In this document: positions 39,390 to 47,021 of the stretch, in pieces | How the letters are laid out: each line of letters starts with the position of its first letter | How positions within the stretch are numbered: position 1 is the stretch's first letter | IMG/VR virus record: IMGVR_UViG_3300037502_002220 | Location: 32,001 to 96,000 of that record | Source of the DNA: a virus | Direction: 5' to 3' (one strand) | DNA: 64,000 bases | Notes under the pieces: generated by a model | Databases searched by the model: none | Told to the model about the DNA's origin: nothing | Seen by the model: only the letters and a program-made list of their open reading frames with translations | Translations under genes and position numbers: made by a program

Positions 39390-41260
39390 ATAAATAACGT
39401 TAACTGTGATTGTATCAAGCCTAGATCTGTTAAGATCTCTTCCGCCTTACGTTTGTAAAAATTGTAATCTATATTATAAGGTCCTTTAACATACTTATTA
39501 AATATCGTAACCTTAGTAGATTTGATATTACCTAGCGCATGTTTTTTACCTTGACGTTCTTTAAACAAAAAGTTTCCATCTTTGGAAACATAGTACACAT
39601 TCAGTCGCTGTGGTAGTTGTTCATCACCTAAGTACATCGTATAAGATTTATCTATCTTTTGCGCACCACAAAAGTCGTAGATATCACACTTATCAAAAGT
39701 ATCTTGTAATGGTATACCATATACGAGATAGTTCTGCACTGCTTTAGGTACTGCTAAGAAATCTACTTTATTACCTAAGTCTGGATCAGTAACAAACCAA
39801 CCTTTTTCTTTAATGGAACCATCTGTAAACACACCTAGATAGCTATTTACATTAAGCATGTAGAGTGTCTCATAGCTGAAGTGTTCTAGCTCAAAGCCAG
39901 TGTACGCTTCCCAAGCTTTACACTTAGCCATAAATTCATCAAACCTATGCTCTGGTACATAAAGCTCAAAGCCATCTGTATTAGCCATAATAGGTTCACA
40001 GCCTAAGCTAATAGCTTCTTCCAGTAACATCAACAAAAACAACTGACCATTAATTGTAATCCTAAAAAAACTATATGGATCATATACTGGTGAGTTCTCT
40101 TGATTAAAGTTACCAATAGTACCATTAGCTGCTAGTTTAAGCAAGTTAGCTTCTGGTGATTTACCTTGACCAGAGTGTTTAAGTTTAAGTCTTTCTTTGC
40201 GAATATAACCTAGCTGCTCATGTAACTTACATTTTAATGTCTCAGCTAAAGCAGGATAATAACCAGCTACATCTAATGAATGGAATATATACCCTGGTTT
40301 TTGACGATACGTAGATGGTTTATTTTTACTGTGTAAACCACCTTGTTTAAGTTCAAACTGTACGTCAGCTAAAGTTACATTAAAGTGTAATGGTTTTTTA
40401 CGATGATGCCTGTTGACTTTAGTTAGCAGTACTTTAAGTTCGTGTGATTTGAATTTGATGCGATCATCTACAACTTCATAAAAGAAGTTAAAGTCTCTAG
40501 GTTCTGAGATAGGTGTTTCTATCAGCTTAAGTGCTACGTTAAGACCTAGTTTAACAGCATCAGCACTAAGTACAGATTTAGTAAACCCGTACTTTTGTAT
40601 AGCTGCTTTACGTAGATCTATCATCTCTGGAAAAGTAGTTGATTTACCTTGCCAGTTAAATTTCTTGGTGAGTAGATACTTAAGAATACCTAAGTCATGA
40701 ACTGAGTTATACTCTAATAGCTTCATGCGCATGTTATCCTGTACTGGTTCATCTGGTCTAATAGGTAACTCTTGTATAACAGGATAACGTAATTGTACAG
40801 CTAAACCTTTAAGGCTTATCTTCTTAACGATACGTAGCATTCTAGACCAGTACGTAAATAAATCTATATCGTGCCACTTGTGATGCCATTTATATTTCTT
40901 GTAGTCTTCGTTCATAAACCACGTATCATCTGTAATTACCATATCTGAAAACATCTTAATGTCTTCGTTCGTAGCTTCTGGATTAAGACGTACGTAGTTA
41001 AGTACAGGACAATCGTAGTGTATACCATTAAAGGTAACTACTTCAGTTCGTTTGTGATCTAGTAAGTTCAAGTAATGTATAAGTAATTGCCTATCGTCTT
41101 GGTACTTATCGTAAATAAAAACGTGGGTGCTACCATTAAAATCAGTAACACCCACGCAGAAGAAATTTACAAAGCACTCAACGTCTAACCCAACTCTAGT
41201 AGCATTACAGAGTTGCGTATAGGCGTACGGCATGTTTTGAATCATAGAAGGTGTGGTCAT
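39386..41260 (-). CDS. polB: DNA polymerase family B (crAss-like)
   Basis: Exonuclease DVE, FNGIHYD, YNSVHD; polymerase DVAGYYP, KLAANGTIG, ANTDG. Confidence 0.9.
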   Translation of the reverse strand: MTTPSMIQNMPYAYTQLCNATRVGLDVECFVNFFCVGVTDFNGSTHVFIYDKYQDDRQLLIHYLNLLDHKRTEVVTFNGIHYDCPVLNYVRLNPEATNEDIKMFSDMVITDDTWFMNEDYKKYKWHHKWHDIDLFTYWSRMLRIVKKISLKGLAVQLRYPVIQELPIRPDEPVQDNMRMKLLEYNSVHDLGILKYLLTKKFNWQGKSTTFPEMIDLRKAAIQKYGFTKSVLSADAVKLGLNVALKLIETPISEPRDFNFFYEVVDDRIKFKSHELKVLLTKVNRHHRKKPLHFNVTLADVQFELKQGGLHSKNKPSTYRQKPGYIFHSLDVAGYYPALAETLKCKLHEQLGYIRKERLKLKHSGQGKSPEANLLKLAANGTIGNFNQENSPVYDPYSFFRITINGQLFLLMLLEEAISLGCEPIMANTDGFELYVPEHRFDEFMAKCKAWEAYTGFELEHFSYETLYMLNVNSYLGVFTDGSIKEKGWFVTDPDLGNKVDFLAVPKAVQNYLVYGIPLQDTFDKCDIYDFCGAQKIDKSYTMYLGDEQLPQRLNVYYVSKDGNFLFKERQGKKHALGNIKSTKVTIFNKYVKGPYNIDYNFYKRKAEEILTDLGLIQSQLTLFI

Positions 41261-41705
41261 GATACCTAATTACTTTTTCATTTTTAATAGTTCTTAACCA
41301 TTTCTTGTCGGTTGCAATCTTTTCATTTGCAAAATACAATACTGTTTCTGGTAGAACTTTCTCTTCCATGACCAGTACTCTAAACGCAGCATCATAAGAT
41401 TCTTGATTAGGTCTTTCATAAAAGTGCTTAGTTCTCACACCGTCGAATTGTCCTTTAGACAATATTACGGAACGAATACTAGTTTTCATACCTAATCTTA
41501 AAAAATATTTTTGCCTGTTTATTACAACTTGTGCTACAGCTAGTTTACCAACCATAGGTTGATTACCAGCTTCGCAGTAAATAAGTCTTGCAAGTAGTTG
41601 TAAATCATCACAAGACTTTGCTGATACTGTAATTGTATCACCGTGTGCTACATAAGTAGGTTCTGGTGGTACGAACATTAACATAAACCATAAACATAAT
41701 TTCAT
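41205..41705 (-). CDS. Cell wall hydrolase, SleB/Hydrolase_2 family
   Basis: LARLIYCEAG...GKLAVAQVVINR...GQF...LYF...HTFY. Confidence 0.9.
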   Translation of the reverse strand: MKLCLWFMLMFVPPEPTYVAHGDTITVSAKSCDDLQLLARLIYCEAGNQPMVGKLAVAQVVINRQKYFLRLGMKTSIRSVILSKGQFDGVRTKHFYERPNQESYDAAFRVLVMEEKVLPETVLYFANEKIATDKKWLRTIKNEKVIRYHDHTFYDSKHAVRLYATL

Positions 41706-41762
41706 TATTATGTGTTTGGTGAACGAATAACAAGGTACTTACACCTTGCCTTAGACAAAAAA

Positions 41763-41798
41763 ACTGTTTGAGTTAGGTGTTACCCTAACCCAAACAGT
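41763..41798 (-). terminator. Long hairpin with GTAACA loop and U tract after the AAA ATPase
   Basis: actgtttgagttagg/cctaacccaaacagt; A tract at 41757-41763 on +. Confidence 0.7.
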
Positions 41799-41870
41799 AT
41801 TGATACCTAGTCTATTGTAGGTAGATATCTACTAACTTATATGTAAAGTTAGAGAATTACCTTCAATAAA

Positions 41871-43304
41871 TCAACCCTTGTAGTCTTCAGAAGAAAACTC
41901 AGAGATAATACCAGGTGCAGCTTTCTGAAGAACAGTGTGCATAACCTTACCAGCGTAGTACTCAAGACCAGCAGGTTTCTCTTGATCTTTGTGAATAAAC
42001 GCATTGTGCTGTGTGATCTGAGAGATGTTAGCTTCGATGAAATCTTCGCTAAGTTCAATCTTGAGTTCTTCAGCAGCTAAGATCAGACGCTTGCACAACT
42101 GCGTAACCTCTGAGCCAGCAATGTTTTCTGGTAAACGATTTGCAAGCTTTTCTGTGTCGATGTTCTCAAAGCCAGCAATGTGACCCAAGTTAAGGTCCAT
42201 GATGGTTTTAGACATCTCCTTAGTACAGTACGGAAACTCCACGATGAAGTCAATCCTACCACTGCGACGGAAGCTCTGGTGAATACGATCGATGTTGTTT
42301 GTAGTAAATACAAAGATAACATCAGTATTCTTCAGGCTTTGACCATCAATAGTGTTAAGGATATCGTTCATATCCGAGTTACGCTCGCCACCGAGAACAT
42401 CGTCAATGTCTTCTGCAAACACTGTAGAGTAACCGTAGTTCTCCAAGTACGGAAGCAGTGTTTCGAGCTGGTTAGAGTTGTGCAGATAGAAGAATGTTCT
42501 ACCAGCATCAATGGATTCTTTACCAAGACGGATAGCAGTTTCTGTTTTACCCGTACCATAAGGGCCATAGAACAACATCTTCTGAGACTTCTTGTTGTGA
42601 AGTTTTACATACGGAAGAATCAGGTTCGTAATCGTGACGTTGGTATCACGACTAAGTACGATGTTCTTAGCTACCTTGAGGTTGATAGGGTGCATAAGCA
42701 AACCAGAACGCAGTTGTTCGATAGTAACAGCTTTCCCTTGCATTACTTTGTTAGTAGCAACTTCTTTGCCGATGTTGCTCAAGAAGGCTTCTGCGGTTGC
42801 TTTGTACTTGTTCTTACACCGAATACCAATCGCACTTGGTGTCAACGTAAGGATAGCATCATCCCATACTTTGATAACCATAGAGCCGATAAATGCAGAT
42901 TCTTCGATTTTGTTACCTTGGTCATCAAAGCCAATAGGAATTTGCATGTACGTAGATTGCGTACGCTCACCAGTGTAATCACGTGGCGACTCGATGAACT
43001 TACCAATAGTCTTGGTAAGCACGCGGTTTACGGTAAGCAAGAAATCGTTCAGGAAGAAATTAGGGTAGTTTTGAGATACTGTGGTGATGTTCTCCCTGTG
43101 TTCAAACAGCACTGTAAGTATTTCAGCACCGTGTAGTAAATCCATGTTCCTAGGTAACAAAATGTACGGTTGATCATGATACAGAGGTTCTTCTGGAATC
43201 TTGTCAACTTTTGACTTGTAGCCGTTAGGCTTCACTGCTCTGAAGAGATCTTTGATAAACTCAAGACCTGCTGCAGATTGAACTTCTTTGACGTTTTTAG
43301 CCAT
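41871..43304 (-). CDS. AAA+ ATPase (classical AAA clade), start re-called at MAKNVK
   Basis: GPYGTGKT, FAEDID, TTN, RRSGRID (second region of homology); codon usage suggests high expression. Confidence 0.88.
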   Translation of the reverse strand: MAKNVKEVQSAAGLEFIKDLFRAVKPNGYKSKVDKIPEEPLYHDQPYILLPRNMDLLHGAEILTVLFEHRENITTVSQNYPNFFLNDFLLTVNRVLTKTIGKFIESPRDYTGERTQSTYMQIPIGFDDQGNKIEESAFIGSMVIKVWDDAILTLTPSAIGIRCKNKYKATAEAFLSNIGKEVATNKVMQGKAVTIEQLRSGLLMHPINLKVAKNIVLSRDTNVTITNLILPYVKLHNKKSQKMLFYGPYGTGKTETAIRLGKESIDAGRTFFYLHNSNQLETLLPYLENYGYSTVFAEDIDDVLGGERNSDMNDILNTIDGQSLKNTDVIFVFTTNNIDRIHQSFRRSGRIDFIVEFPYCTKEMSKTIMDLNLGHIAGFENIDTEKLANRLPENIAGSEVTQLCKRLILAAEELKIELSEDFIEANISQITQHNAFIHKDQEKPAGLEYYAGKVMHTVLQKAAPGIISEFSSEDYKG

Positions 43305-43338
43305 GATAAAGTGTTTATGAATAAATAAATAAATAGCC

Positions 43339-43440
43339 TTATTTGTGTGCAACTAATACCAATAACCCACCAGGTTGCTGATAAAAATCACAGTGTACAT
43401 CTTTAGGGGCAATTAGCCAGTGTAAGTAGTATGCTTGCAT
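43339..43440 (-). CDS. Array micro-ORF 50 (33 aa)
   Basis: MQAYYLHWLIAPKDVHCDFYQQPGGLLVLVAHK. Confidence 0.55.
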   Translation of the reverse strand: MQAYYLHWLIAPKDVHCDFYQQPGGLLVLVAHK

Positions 43441-43531
43441 ACTTTAGTATTAAAAAGTAAGAAGTATTACTTAAGTTATTTTCTACTGGAATACGAATAT
43501 ACATGTGGTAATAGAACTTTATTGTGTTCAT
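43403..43531 (-). CDS. Array micro-ORF 49 (42 aa)
   Basis: MNTIKFYYHMYIRIPVENNLSNTSYFLILKYASILLTLANCP. Confidence 0.65.
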   Translation of the reverse strand: MNTIKFYYHMYIRIPVENNLSNTSYFLILKYASILLTLANCP

Positions 43532-43641
43532 ACTTTAAAGTTTAATGTGTAGAAAATAGAAGTCTTTGCTAACAAGAATACAGTTCGTCGTTTCATAGAC
43601 CACCAGTATTTTTTATTCACGTCAATGCTGTATATATTCAT
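43528..43641 (-). CDS. Array micro-ORF 48 (37 aa)
   Basis: MNIYSIDVNKKYWWSMKRRTVFLLAKTSIFYTLNFKV. Confidence 0.6.
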   Translation of the reverse strand: MNIYSIDVNKKYWWSMKRRTVFLLAKTSIFYTLNFKV

Positions 43642-43746
43642 TTACTGTATATATAGTTTTTGAACTAAATAACAATAGTTAAGTTCGTATACTAAACTGC
43701 AGTGAAAAGTAGGATGTACCCACTCCATGTTTTTAAATATCAACAT
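43642..43746 (-). CDS. Array micro-ORF 47 (34 aa)
   Basis: MLIFKNMEWVHPTFHCSLVYELNYCYLVQKLYIQ. Confidence 0.6.
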   Translation of the reverse strand: MLIFKNMEWVHPTFHCSLVYELNYCYLVQKLYIQ

Positions 43747-43850
43747 ATTAACTTATTTACTAATATGAATATTTTTGAAGCAGCGTGTATTCTAATTATA
43801 GTAGTGCGATAATTGTACGCAAACATTGTTGAAATACCTCTTACTAACAT
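43740..43850 (-). CDS. Array micro-ORF 46 (36 aa)
   Basis: MLVRGISTMFAYNYRTTIIRIHAASKIFILVNKLIC. Confidence 0.6.
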   Translation of the reverse strand: MLVRGISTMFAYNYRTTIIRIHAASKIFILVNKLIC

Positions 43851-43951
43851 AACATGTATTTTAACAAGGCTTTTACATCAACTCTATTTTCATTAGCATT
43901 GCTGAAGTAAAAGTCTTGTGCTCTTGTTAATCTTAGATTACTTACCTCCAT
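43844..43951 (-). CDS. Array micro-ORF 45 (35 aa)
   Basis: MEVSNLRLTRAQDFYFSNANENRVDVKALLKYMLC. Confidence 0.65.
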   Translation of the reverse strand: MEVSNLRLTRAQDFYFSNANENRVDVKALLKYMLC

Positions 43952-44058
43952 AGTACATACTTTAAGACTGGTACAAGATCAGCTTCTGGTTGATTTGCAA
44001 AATGTATTAGTTTTTTAGAACCGTAGTTACTTACATCGTAAAGTGTAGTACATCTCAT
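43942..44058 (-). CDS. Array micro-ORF 44 (38 aa)
   Basis: MRCTTLYDVSNYGSKKLIHFANQPEADLVPVLKYVLWR. Confidence 0.65.
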   Translation of the reverse strand: MRCTTLYDVSNYGSKKLIHFANQPEADLVPVLKYVLWR

Positions 44059-44168
44059 ACAATAAACTTTAAGCAGCAGTCGTGAAAAACAAGTTGTCTA
44101 GTAGAAGCTTTATGTAGTTCTTTACAACCAGCAGAGTAGTTTGTGAACCTAAGCATTACAAATGTCAT
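44055..44168 (-). CDS. Array micro-ORF 43 (37 aa)
   Basis: MTFVMLRFTNYSAGCKELHKASTRQLVFHDCCLKFIV. Confidence 0.65.
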   Translation of the reverse strand: MTFVMLRFTNYSAGCKELHKASTRQLVFHDCCLKFIV

Positions 44169-44274
44169 AGTACAGGTATTTAATCATCAATAAATACTTA
44201 GTGTTATACATCTCTCCAGATATAAAACTACGTAGATTTTGTATATGGTATCTATTTAATCTTTCTGTAGGCAT
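44149..44274 (-). CDS. Array micro-ORF 42 (41 aa)
   Basis: MPTERLNRYHIQNLRSFISGEMYNTKYLLMIKYLYYDICNA. Confidence 0.6.
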   Translation of the reverse strand: MPTERLNRYHIQNLRSFISGEMYNTKYLLMIKYLYYDICNA

Positions 44275-44369
44275 TATTGAAATTTTATAATTAATTGATA
44301 ACTATTTCTAACCGTAGGTGAGTAAAACATCATATCAACTACATGGTACCTTACTTTTATTACGTGCAT
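44274..44369 (-). CDS. Array micro-ORF 41 (31 aa)
   Basis: MHVIKVRYHVVDMMFYSPTVRNSYQLIIKFQ. Confidence 0.6.
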   Translation of the reverse strand: MHVIKVRYHVVDMMFYSPTVRNSYQLIIKFQ

Positions 44370-44464
44370 TTTACAATTATTTTTACGTAGTGATCGTAAT
44401 AAGGTTTCCACATGAACTTTCTACTTATACGAGCTCGTATGTATTGTACTTCTTCACTCCACAT
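44360..44464 (-). CDS. Array micro-ORF 40 (34 aa)
   Basis: MWSEEVQYIRARISRKFMWKPYYDHYVKIIVKCT. Confidence 0.55.
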   Translation of the reverse strand: MWSEEVQYIRARISRKFMWKPYYDHYVKIIVKCT

Positions 44465-44567
44465 ATTTTATAGGTATTAGCGCATATGATTTTGTAAATG
44501 TATTTGGTCTGTACAATATCTCAGCGTGAGCTCTATCAAATAGATAAACAGATTTAGCTGTGTTCAT
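44454..44567 (-). CDS. Array micro-ORF 39 (37 aa)
   Basis: MNTAKSVYLFDRAHAEILYRPNTFTKSYALIPIKYVE. Confidence 0.6.
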   Translation of the reverse strand: MNTAKSVYLFDRAHAEILYRPNTFTKSYALIPIKYVE

Positions 44568-44686
44568 CGTTTTTTACATATGATTAAGTAAATAGTATTT
44601 ACATTATCAAAATATAAATCACCGCACGATTCTTTCTTAGAACGGTAATAATACTGATAGTAAAAATCATCTGGTTCAAATTCCAT
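44564..44686 (-). CDS. Array micro-ORF 38 (40 aa)
   Basis: MEFEPDDFYYQYYYRSKKESCGDLYFDNVNTIYLIICKKR. Confidence 0.6.
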   Translation of the reverse strand: MEFEPDDFYYQYYYRSKKESCGDLYFDNVNTIYLIICKKR

Positions 44687-44689
44687 AGT

Positions 44690-44788
44690 TTACAGTTTAT
44701 ATGTTTGTGATACAATAAAATGTAATTTAGTTCCACCAAACTTAATAGTACTAATTACAACTTCTTGCATTAGAAAAAATATGTTCAT
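44690..44788 (-). CDS. Array micro-ORF 37 (32 aa)
   Basis: MNIFFLMQEVVISTIKFGGTKLHFIVSQTYKL. Confidence 0.55.
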   Translation of the reverse strand: MNIFFLMQEVVISTIKFGGTKLHFIVSQTYKL

Positions 44789-44886
44789 AGCTGTTTGATT
44801 ATAACACGGTGCCAGATATCTTCAGAGTAATGTTCTTTATCTACAGACTTGTAAATTGTAAATAACTTTACAAATTGTGTAAGCAT
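44785..44886 (-). CDS. Array micro-ORF 36 (33 aa)
   Basis: MLTQFVKLFTIYKSVDKEHYSEDIWHRVIIKQL. Confidence 0.6.
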   Translation of the reverse strand: MLTQFVKLFTIYKSVDKEHYSEDIWHRVIIKQL

Positions 44887-44887
44887 G

Positions 44888-45010
44888 CTAGTGGTATTTA
44901 AGCATTGTAATAAATGTATGTAGATGATACTCTATTGTTATAGCTGGGTAGCATTTAGGTACGTAGAACGTATAGCTTAGTTCCATAGTGTATATCTTAC
45001 TTGTTTGCAT
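44888..45010 (-). CDS. Array micro-ORF 35 (40 aa; alternative start 44986)
   Basis: MQTSKIYTMELSYTFYVPKCYPAITIEYHLHTFITMLKYH. Confidence 0.6.
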   Translation of the reverse strand: MQTSKIYTMELSYTFYVPKCYPAITIEYHLHTFITMLKYH

Positions 45011-45123
45011 GGTACGTGTTTTGTAATTATACCGAATGATTGCATTGTGTACGTAAACATTAATTTATGCGGTATAAACGTTTTACTGCGATTAGGTACA
45101 CAAATAATTAAAATTACTTCCAT
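44977..45123 (-). CDS. Array micro-ORF 34 (48 aa)
   Basis: MEVILIICVPNRSKTFIPHKLMFTYTMQSFGIITKHVPCKQVRYTLWN. Confidence 0.65.
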   Translation of the reverse strand: MEVILIICVPNRSKTFIPHKLMFTYTMQSFGIITKHVPCKQVRYTLWN

Positions 45124-45227
45124 GATACACGTTTTACTACAATTCTAAACCCAGTATCTAGTATATTTCTATTAGGAAACCTGAGTTCGTGATTAGCTTG
45201 TACAACACCGTTTAGATATATCATCAT
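45114..45227 (-). CDS. Array micro-ORF 33 (37 aa)
   Basis: MMIYLNGVVQANHELRFPNRNILDTGFRIVVKRVSWK. Confidence 0.7.
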   Translation of the reverse strand: MMIYLNGVVQANHELRFPNRNILDTGFRIVVKRVSWK

Positions 45228-45346
45228 CGTATAAACTTTAGTGTTAGTATAAACCTATCTCTTTCTGTCATATTGTTGTGTATATATTGAATAACACTCT
45301 TACCCATACCTCTAAAATCTGGATATATACAAATTAAGATCATCAT
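45224..45346 (-). CDS. Array micro-ORF 32 (40 aa)
   Basis: MMILICIYPDFRGMGKSVIQYIHNNMTERDRFILTLKFIR. Confidence 0.7.
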   Translation of the reverse strand: MMILICIYPDFRGMGKSVIQYIHNNMTERDRFILTLKFIR

Positions 45347-45462
45347 AGTATTTGCTTTAGTGTTATTTTAAATACGTCGTATATAGTTAAGGTGTCTTGC
45401 AAAGATTGAGGACAATCTTTATTTGCATTAAATTTTGGGTAACAAACTATTATGTAAATCAT
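45343..45462 (-). CDS. Array micro-ORF 31 (39 aa)
   Basis: MIYIIVCYPKFNANKDCPQSLQDTLTIYDVFKITLKQIL. Confidence 0.7.
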   Translation of the reverse strand: MIYIIVCYPKFNANKDCPQSLQDTLTIYDVFKITLKQIL

Positions 45463-45578
45463 GATACATGTTTTAAGATAAGTTGAAATCTATCGTCGTA
45501 CACAATATCAGCTACAAGGTTTGCTTCTACCCTACTCTTGTAAGCTGCAGGATTGCGTACAAATATTACTGCTAACAT
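45459..45578 (-). CDS. Array micro-ORF 30 (39 aa)
   Basis: MLAVIFVRNPAAYKSRVEANLVADIVYDDRFQLILKHVS. Confidence 0.7.
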   Translation of the reverse strand: MLAVIFVRNPAAYKSRVEANLVADIVYDDRFQLILKHVS

Positions 45579-45685
45579 GGTATCTGTTTTAAGGTAACAT
45601 GAAGTCTAAGCGCATTGATTGAAGGATGACCTAAACGTATGTGTGAAAATTGTTCAGATTTAATTTGTAGTTCTATGTATTTCAT
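45572..45685 (-). CDS. Array micro-ORF 29 (37 aa)
   Basis: MKYIELQIKSEQFSHIRLGHPSINALRLHVTLKQIPC. Confidence 0.7.
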   Translation of the reverse strand: MKYIELQIKSEQFSHIRLGHPSINALRLHVTLKQIPC

Positions 45686-45701
45686 GGTATTTGTTTTAAT
45701 A

Positions 45702-45818
45702 TTACAGTAATTGTGCTTGTTTTAAGATAACACGATATCTTTCCATACTAATTCCCATACCGTGAATATACGCTTGATAAATCGTATTAGGACTAGTTAT
45801 TATGTCAATGTGAAACAT
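45702..45818 (-). CDS. Array micro-ORF 28 (38 aa)
   Basis: MFHIDIITSPNTIYQAYIHGMGISMERYRVILKQAQLL. Confidence 0.65.
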   Translation of the reverse strand: MFHIDIITSPNTIYQAYIHGMGISMERYRVILKQAQLL

Positions 45819-45918
45819 GTACTTGTTTTAAGATAATAGAAAAGCTCTCACGACCACTGTATCCTAACATTATTACAGTTAAAAAAGCGGCTGTGTATCC
45901 ATATGCGTCAGTTCTCAT
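45805..45918 (-). CDS. Array micro-ORF 27 (37 aa)
   Basis: MRTDAYGYTAAFLTVIMLGYSGRESFSIILKQVHVSH. Confidence 0.7.
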   Translation of the reverse strand: MRTDAYGYTAAFLTVIMLGYSGRESFSIILKQVHVSH

Positions 45919-46019
45919 GGTATTAATTTTAAAGTAATCGAAAAGCAATCATATCCGCTATGTCCTAGTTCGTGTACATAAATATAACTATACGCGTGTC
46001 CATATGCCCATGTGTTCAT
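45915..46019 (-). CDS. Array micro-ORF 26 (34 aa)
   Basis: MNTWAYGHAYSYIYVHELGHSGYDCFSITLKLIP. Confidence 0.7.
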   Translation of the reverse strand: MNTWAYGHAYSYIYVHELGHSGYDCFSITLKLIP

Positions 46020-46126
46020 AACATTAGTTTTAATATTATTGACAAATCATCTTGAACAACTTCGTTTAGTTCTACTTCATTAAAAGGTATTACGCCTTTT
46101 CCAATAAGTAAGTATATCGTATTCAT
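46016..46126 (-). CDS. Array micro-ORF 25 (36 aa)
   Basis: MNTIYLLIGKGVIPFNEVELNEVVQDDLSIILKLML. Confidence 0.7.
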   Translation of the reverse strand: MNTIYLLIGKGVIPFNEVELNEVVQDDLSIILKLML

Positions 46127-46242
46127 AATACAAACTTTATCATAACTAAAAAATCATCATCAAAAATTGGTATTAAACCACGGTCTTTGTTTACTAGCTT
46201 ACAAGAATAAAAAGAGTAACCTACGTAACTTGTTAAGTCCAT
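46123..46242 (-). CDS. Array micro-ORF 24 (39 aa)
   Basis: MDLTSYVGYSFYSCKLVNKDRGLIPIFDDDFLVMIKFVL. Confidence 0.7.
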   Translation of the reverse strand: MDLTSYVGYSFYSCKLVNKDRGLIPIFDDDFLVMIKFVL

Positions 46243-46319
46243 AATATTTTGATTGTGATTAAAACACTGTCGTCTGCGTAAAATATGTGATCTACAAGTG
46301 TTATGTATTTTGTGTCCAT
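46233..46319 (-). CDS. Array micro-ORF 23 (28 aa)
   Basis: MDTKYITLVDHIFYADDSVLITIKILWT. Confidence 0.65.
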   Translation of the reverse strand: MDTKYITLVDHIFYADDSVLITIKILWT

Positions 46320-46426
46320 AATATTAGTTTTAACGTAATTACAAAATCTTCGCACATAGCATTTGAACGTTTGATTTCACGTGCTGTAAGTAATGATTCA
46401 GATACTAGTATTCTGTAATATTCCAC
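46301..46426 (-). CDS. Array micro-ORF 22 (41 aa, GTG start)
   Basis: MEYYRILVSESLLTAREIKRSNAMCEDFVITLKLILWTQNT. Confidence 0.6.
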   Translation of the reverse strand: MEYYRILVSESLLTAREIKRSNAMCEDFVITLKLILWTQNT

Positions 46427-46542
46427 TTTAAGGTTATTAAAACATTATCGTATAAGTTTACACCCCTGTACGAATTAAAATATGTACTAGACATTATTTC
46501 TCGTCCAAGAAGTTTAACTGCTTCTAAACGTCGTATTTCCAT
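46405..46542 (-). CDS. Array micro-ORF 21 (45 aa)
   Basis: MEIRRLEAVKLLGREIMSSTYFNSYRGVNLYDNVLITLKWNITEY. Confidence 0.6.
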   Translation of the reverse strand: MEIRRLEAVKLLGREIMSSTYFNSYRGVNLYDNVLITLKWNITEY

Positions 46543-46667
46543 GTCAGTATAATTAAGAAATCTTTATCCTCAAGTTTTGTTCTTTTTAATCTATCCAGTA
46601 AATGTTCATTACCATGTGTACCAATAGGCATACATAGATCTAACATTGTAAAGTATTTTACTTCCAT
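46524..46667 (-). CDS. Array micro-ORF 20 (47 aa)
   Basis: MEVKYFTMLDLCMPIGTHGNEHLLDRLKRTKLEDKDFLIILTWKYDV. Confidence 0.6.
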   Translation of the reverse strand: MEVKYFTMLDLCMPIGTHGNEHLLDRLKRTKLEDKDFLIILTWKYDV

Positions 46668-46792
46668 CACATGTATTTAACCGTAAAAATAAAATCATTC
46701 TTGACGTAGCTACAATTACTAAATGCTAGGTAATCTAAATACAGTTTACAATCTATACTATGTACCCACATTGTTAAGTCTGTAAATTTCAT
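46667..46792 (-). CDS. Array micro-ORF 19 (41 aa)
   Basis: MKFTDLTMWVHSIDCKLYLDYLAFSNCSYVKNDFIFTVKYM. Confidence 0.7.
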   Translation of the reverse strand: MKFTDLTMWVHSIDCKLYLDYLAFSNCSYVKNDFIFTVKYM

Positions 46793-46911
46793 ACCATGTG
46801 TTTATTTGCTAATTGTAAAATAACCTTAAGATGTGCACAGTTAACATAAGGTGGAATAAACACATCATTATCTAATAAAATGTATTCCCAATCCCTATAT
46901 TCTACTTGCAT
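46789..46911 (-). CDS. Array micro-ORF 18 (40 aa)
   Basis: MQVEYRDWEYILLDNDVFIPPYVNCAHLKVILQLANKHMV. Confidence 0.7.
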   Translation of the reverse strand: MQVEYRDWEYILLDNDVFIPPYVNCAHLKVILQLANKHMV

Positions 46912-47021
46912 ACCATGTACTTTTTTATAAGCCTAAAGTTAGGTTTAAAGAAAGCGTATTTAATAACATAGGGCTCAAGAAACACGTCTGTAGTATAGTT
47001 CCAACCAGTTTCTACTTTCAC
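46902..47021 (-). CDS. Array micro-ORF 17 (39 aa, GTG start)
   Basis: MKVETGWNYTTDVFLEPYVIKYAFFKPNFRLIKKYMVCK. Confidence 0.7.
   Translation of the reverse strand: MKVETGWNYTTDVFLEPYVIKYAFFKPNFRLIKKYMVCK

Noticed and set aside
42180-43136. 318-aa + strand ORF
   Set aside because: Antisense shadow of the AAA ATPase caused by its codon bias; no motifs.
45960-45974. HELGH (HExxH) in micro-ORF 26 as a metalloprotease site
   Set aside because: 34 aa is too short for a zincin, and the adjacent paralogue has IMLGY at the same position.
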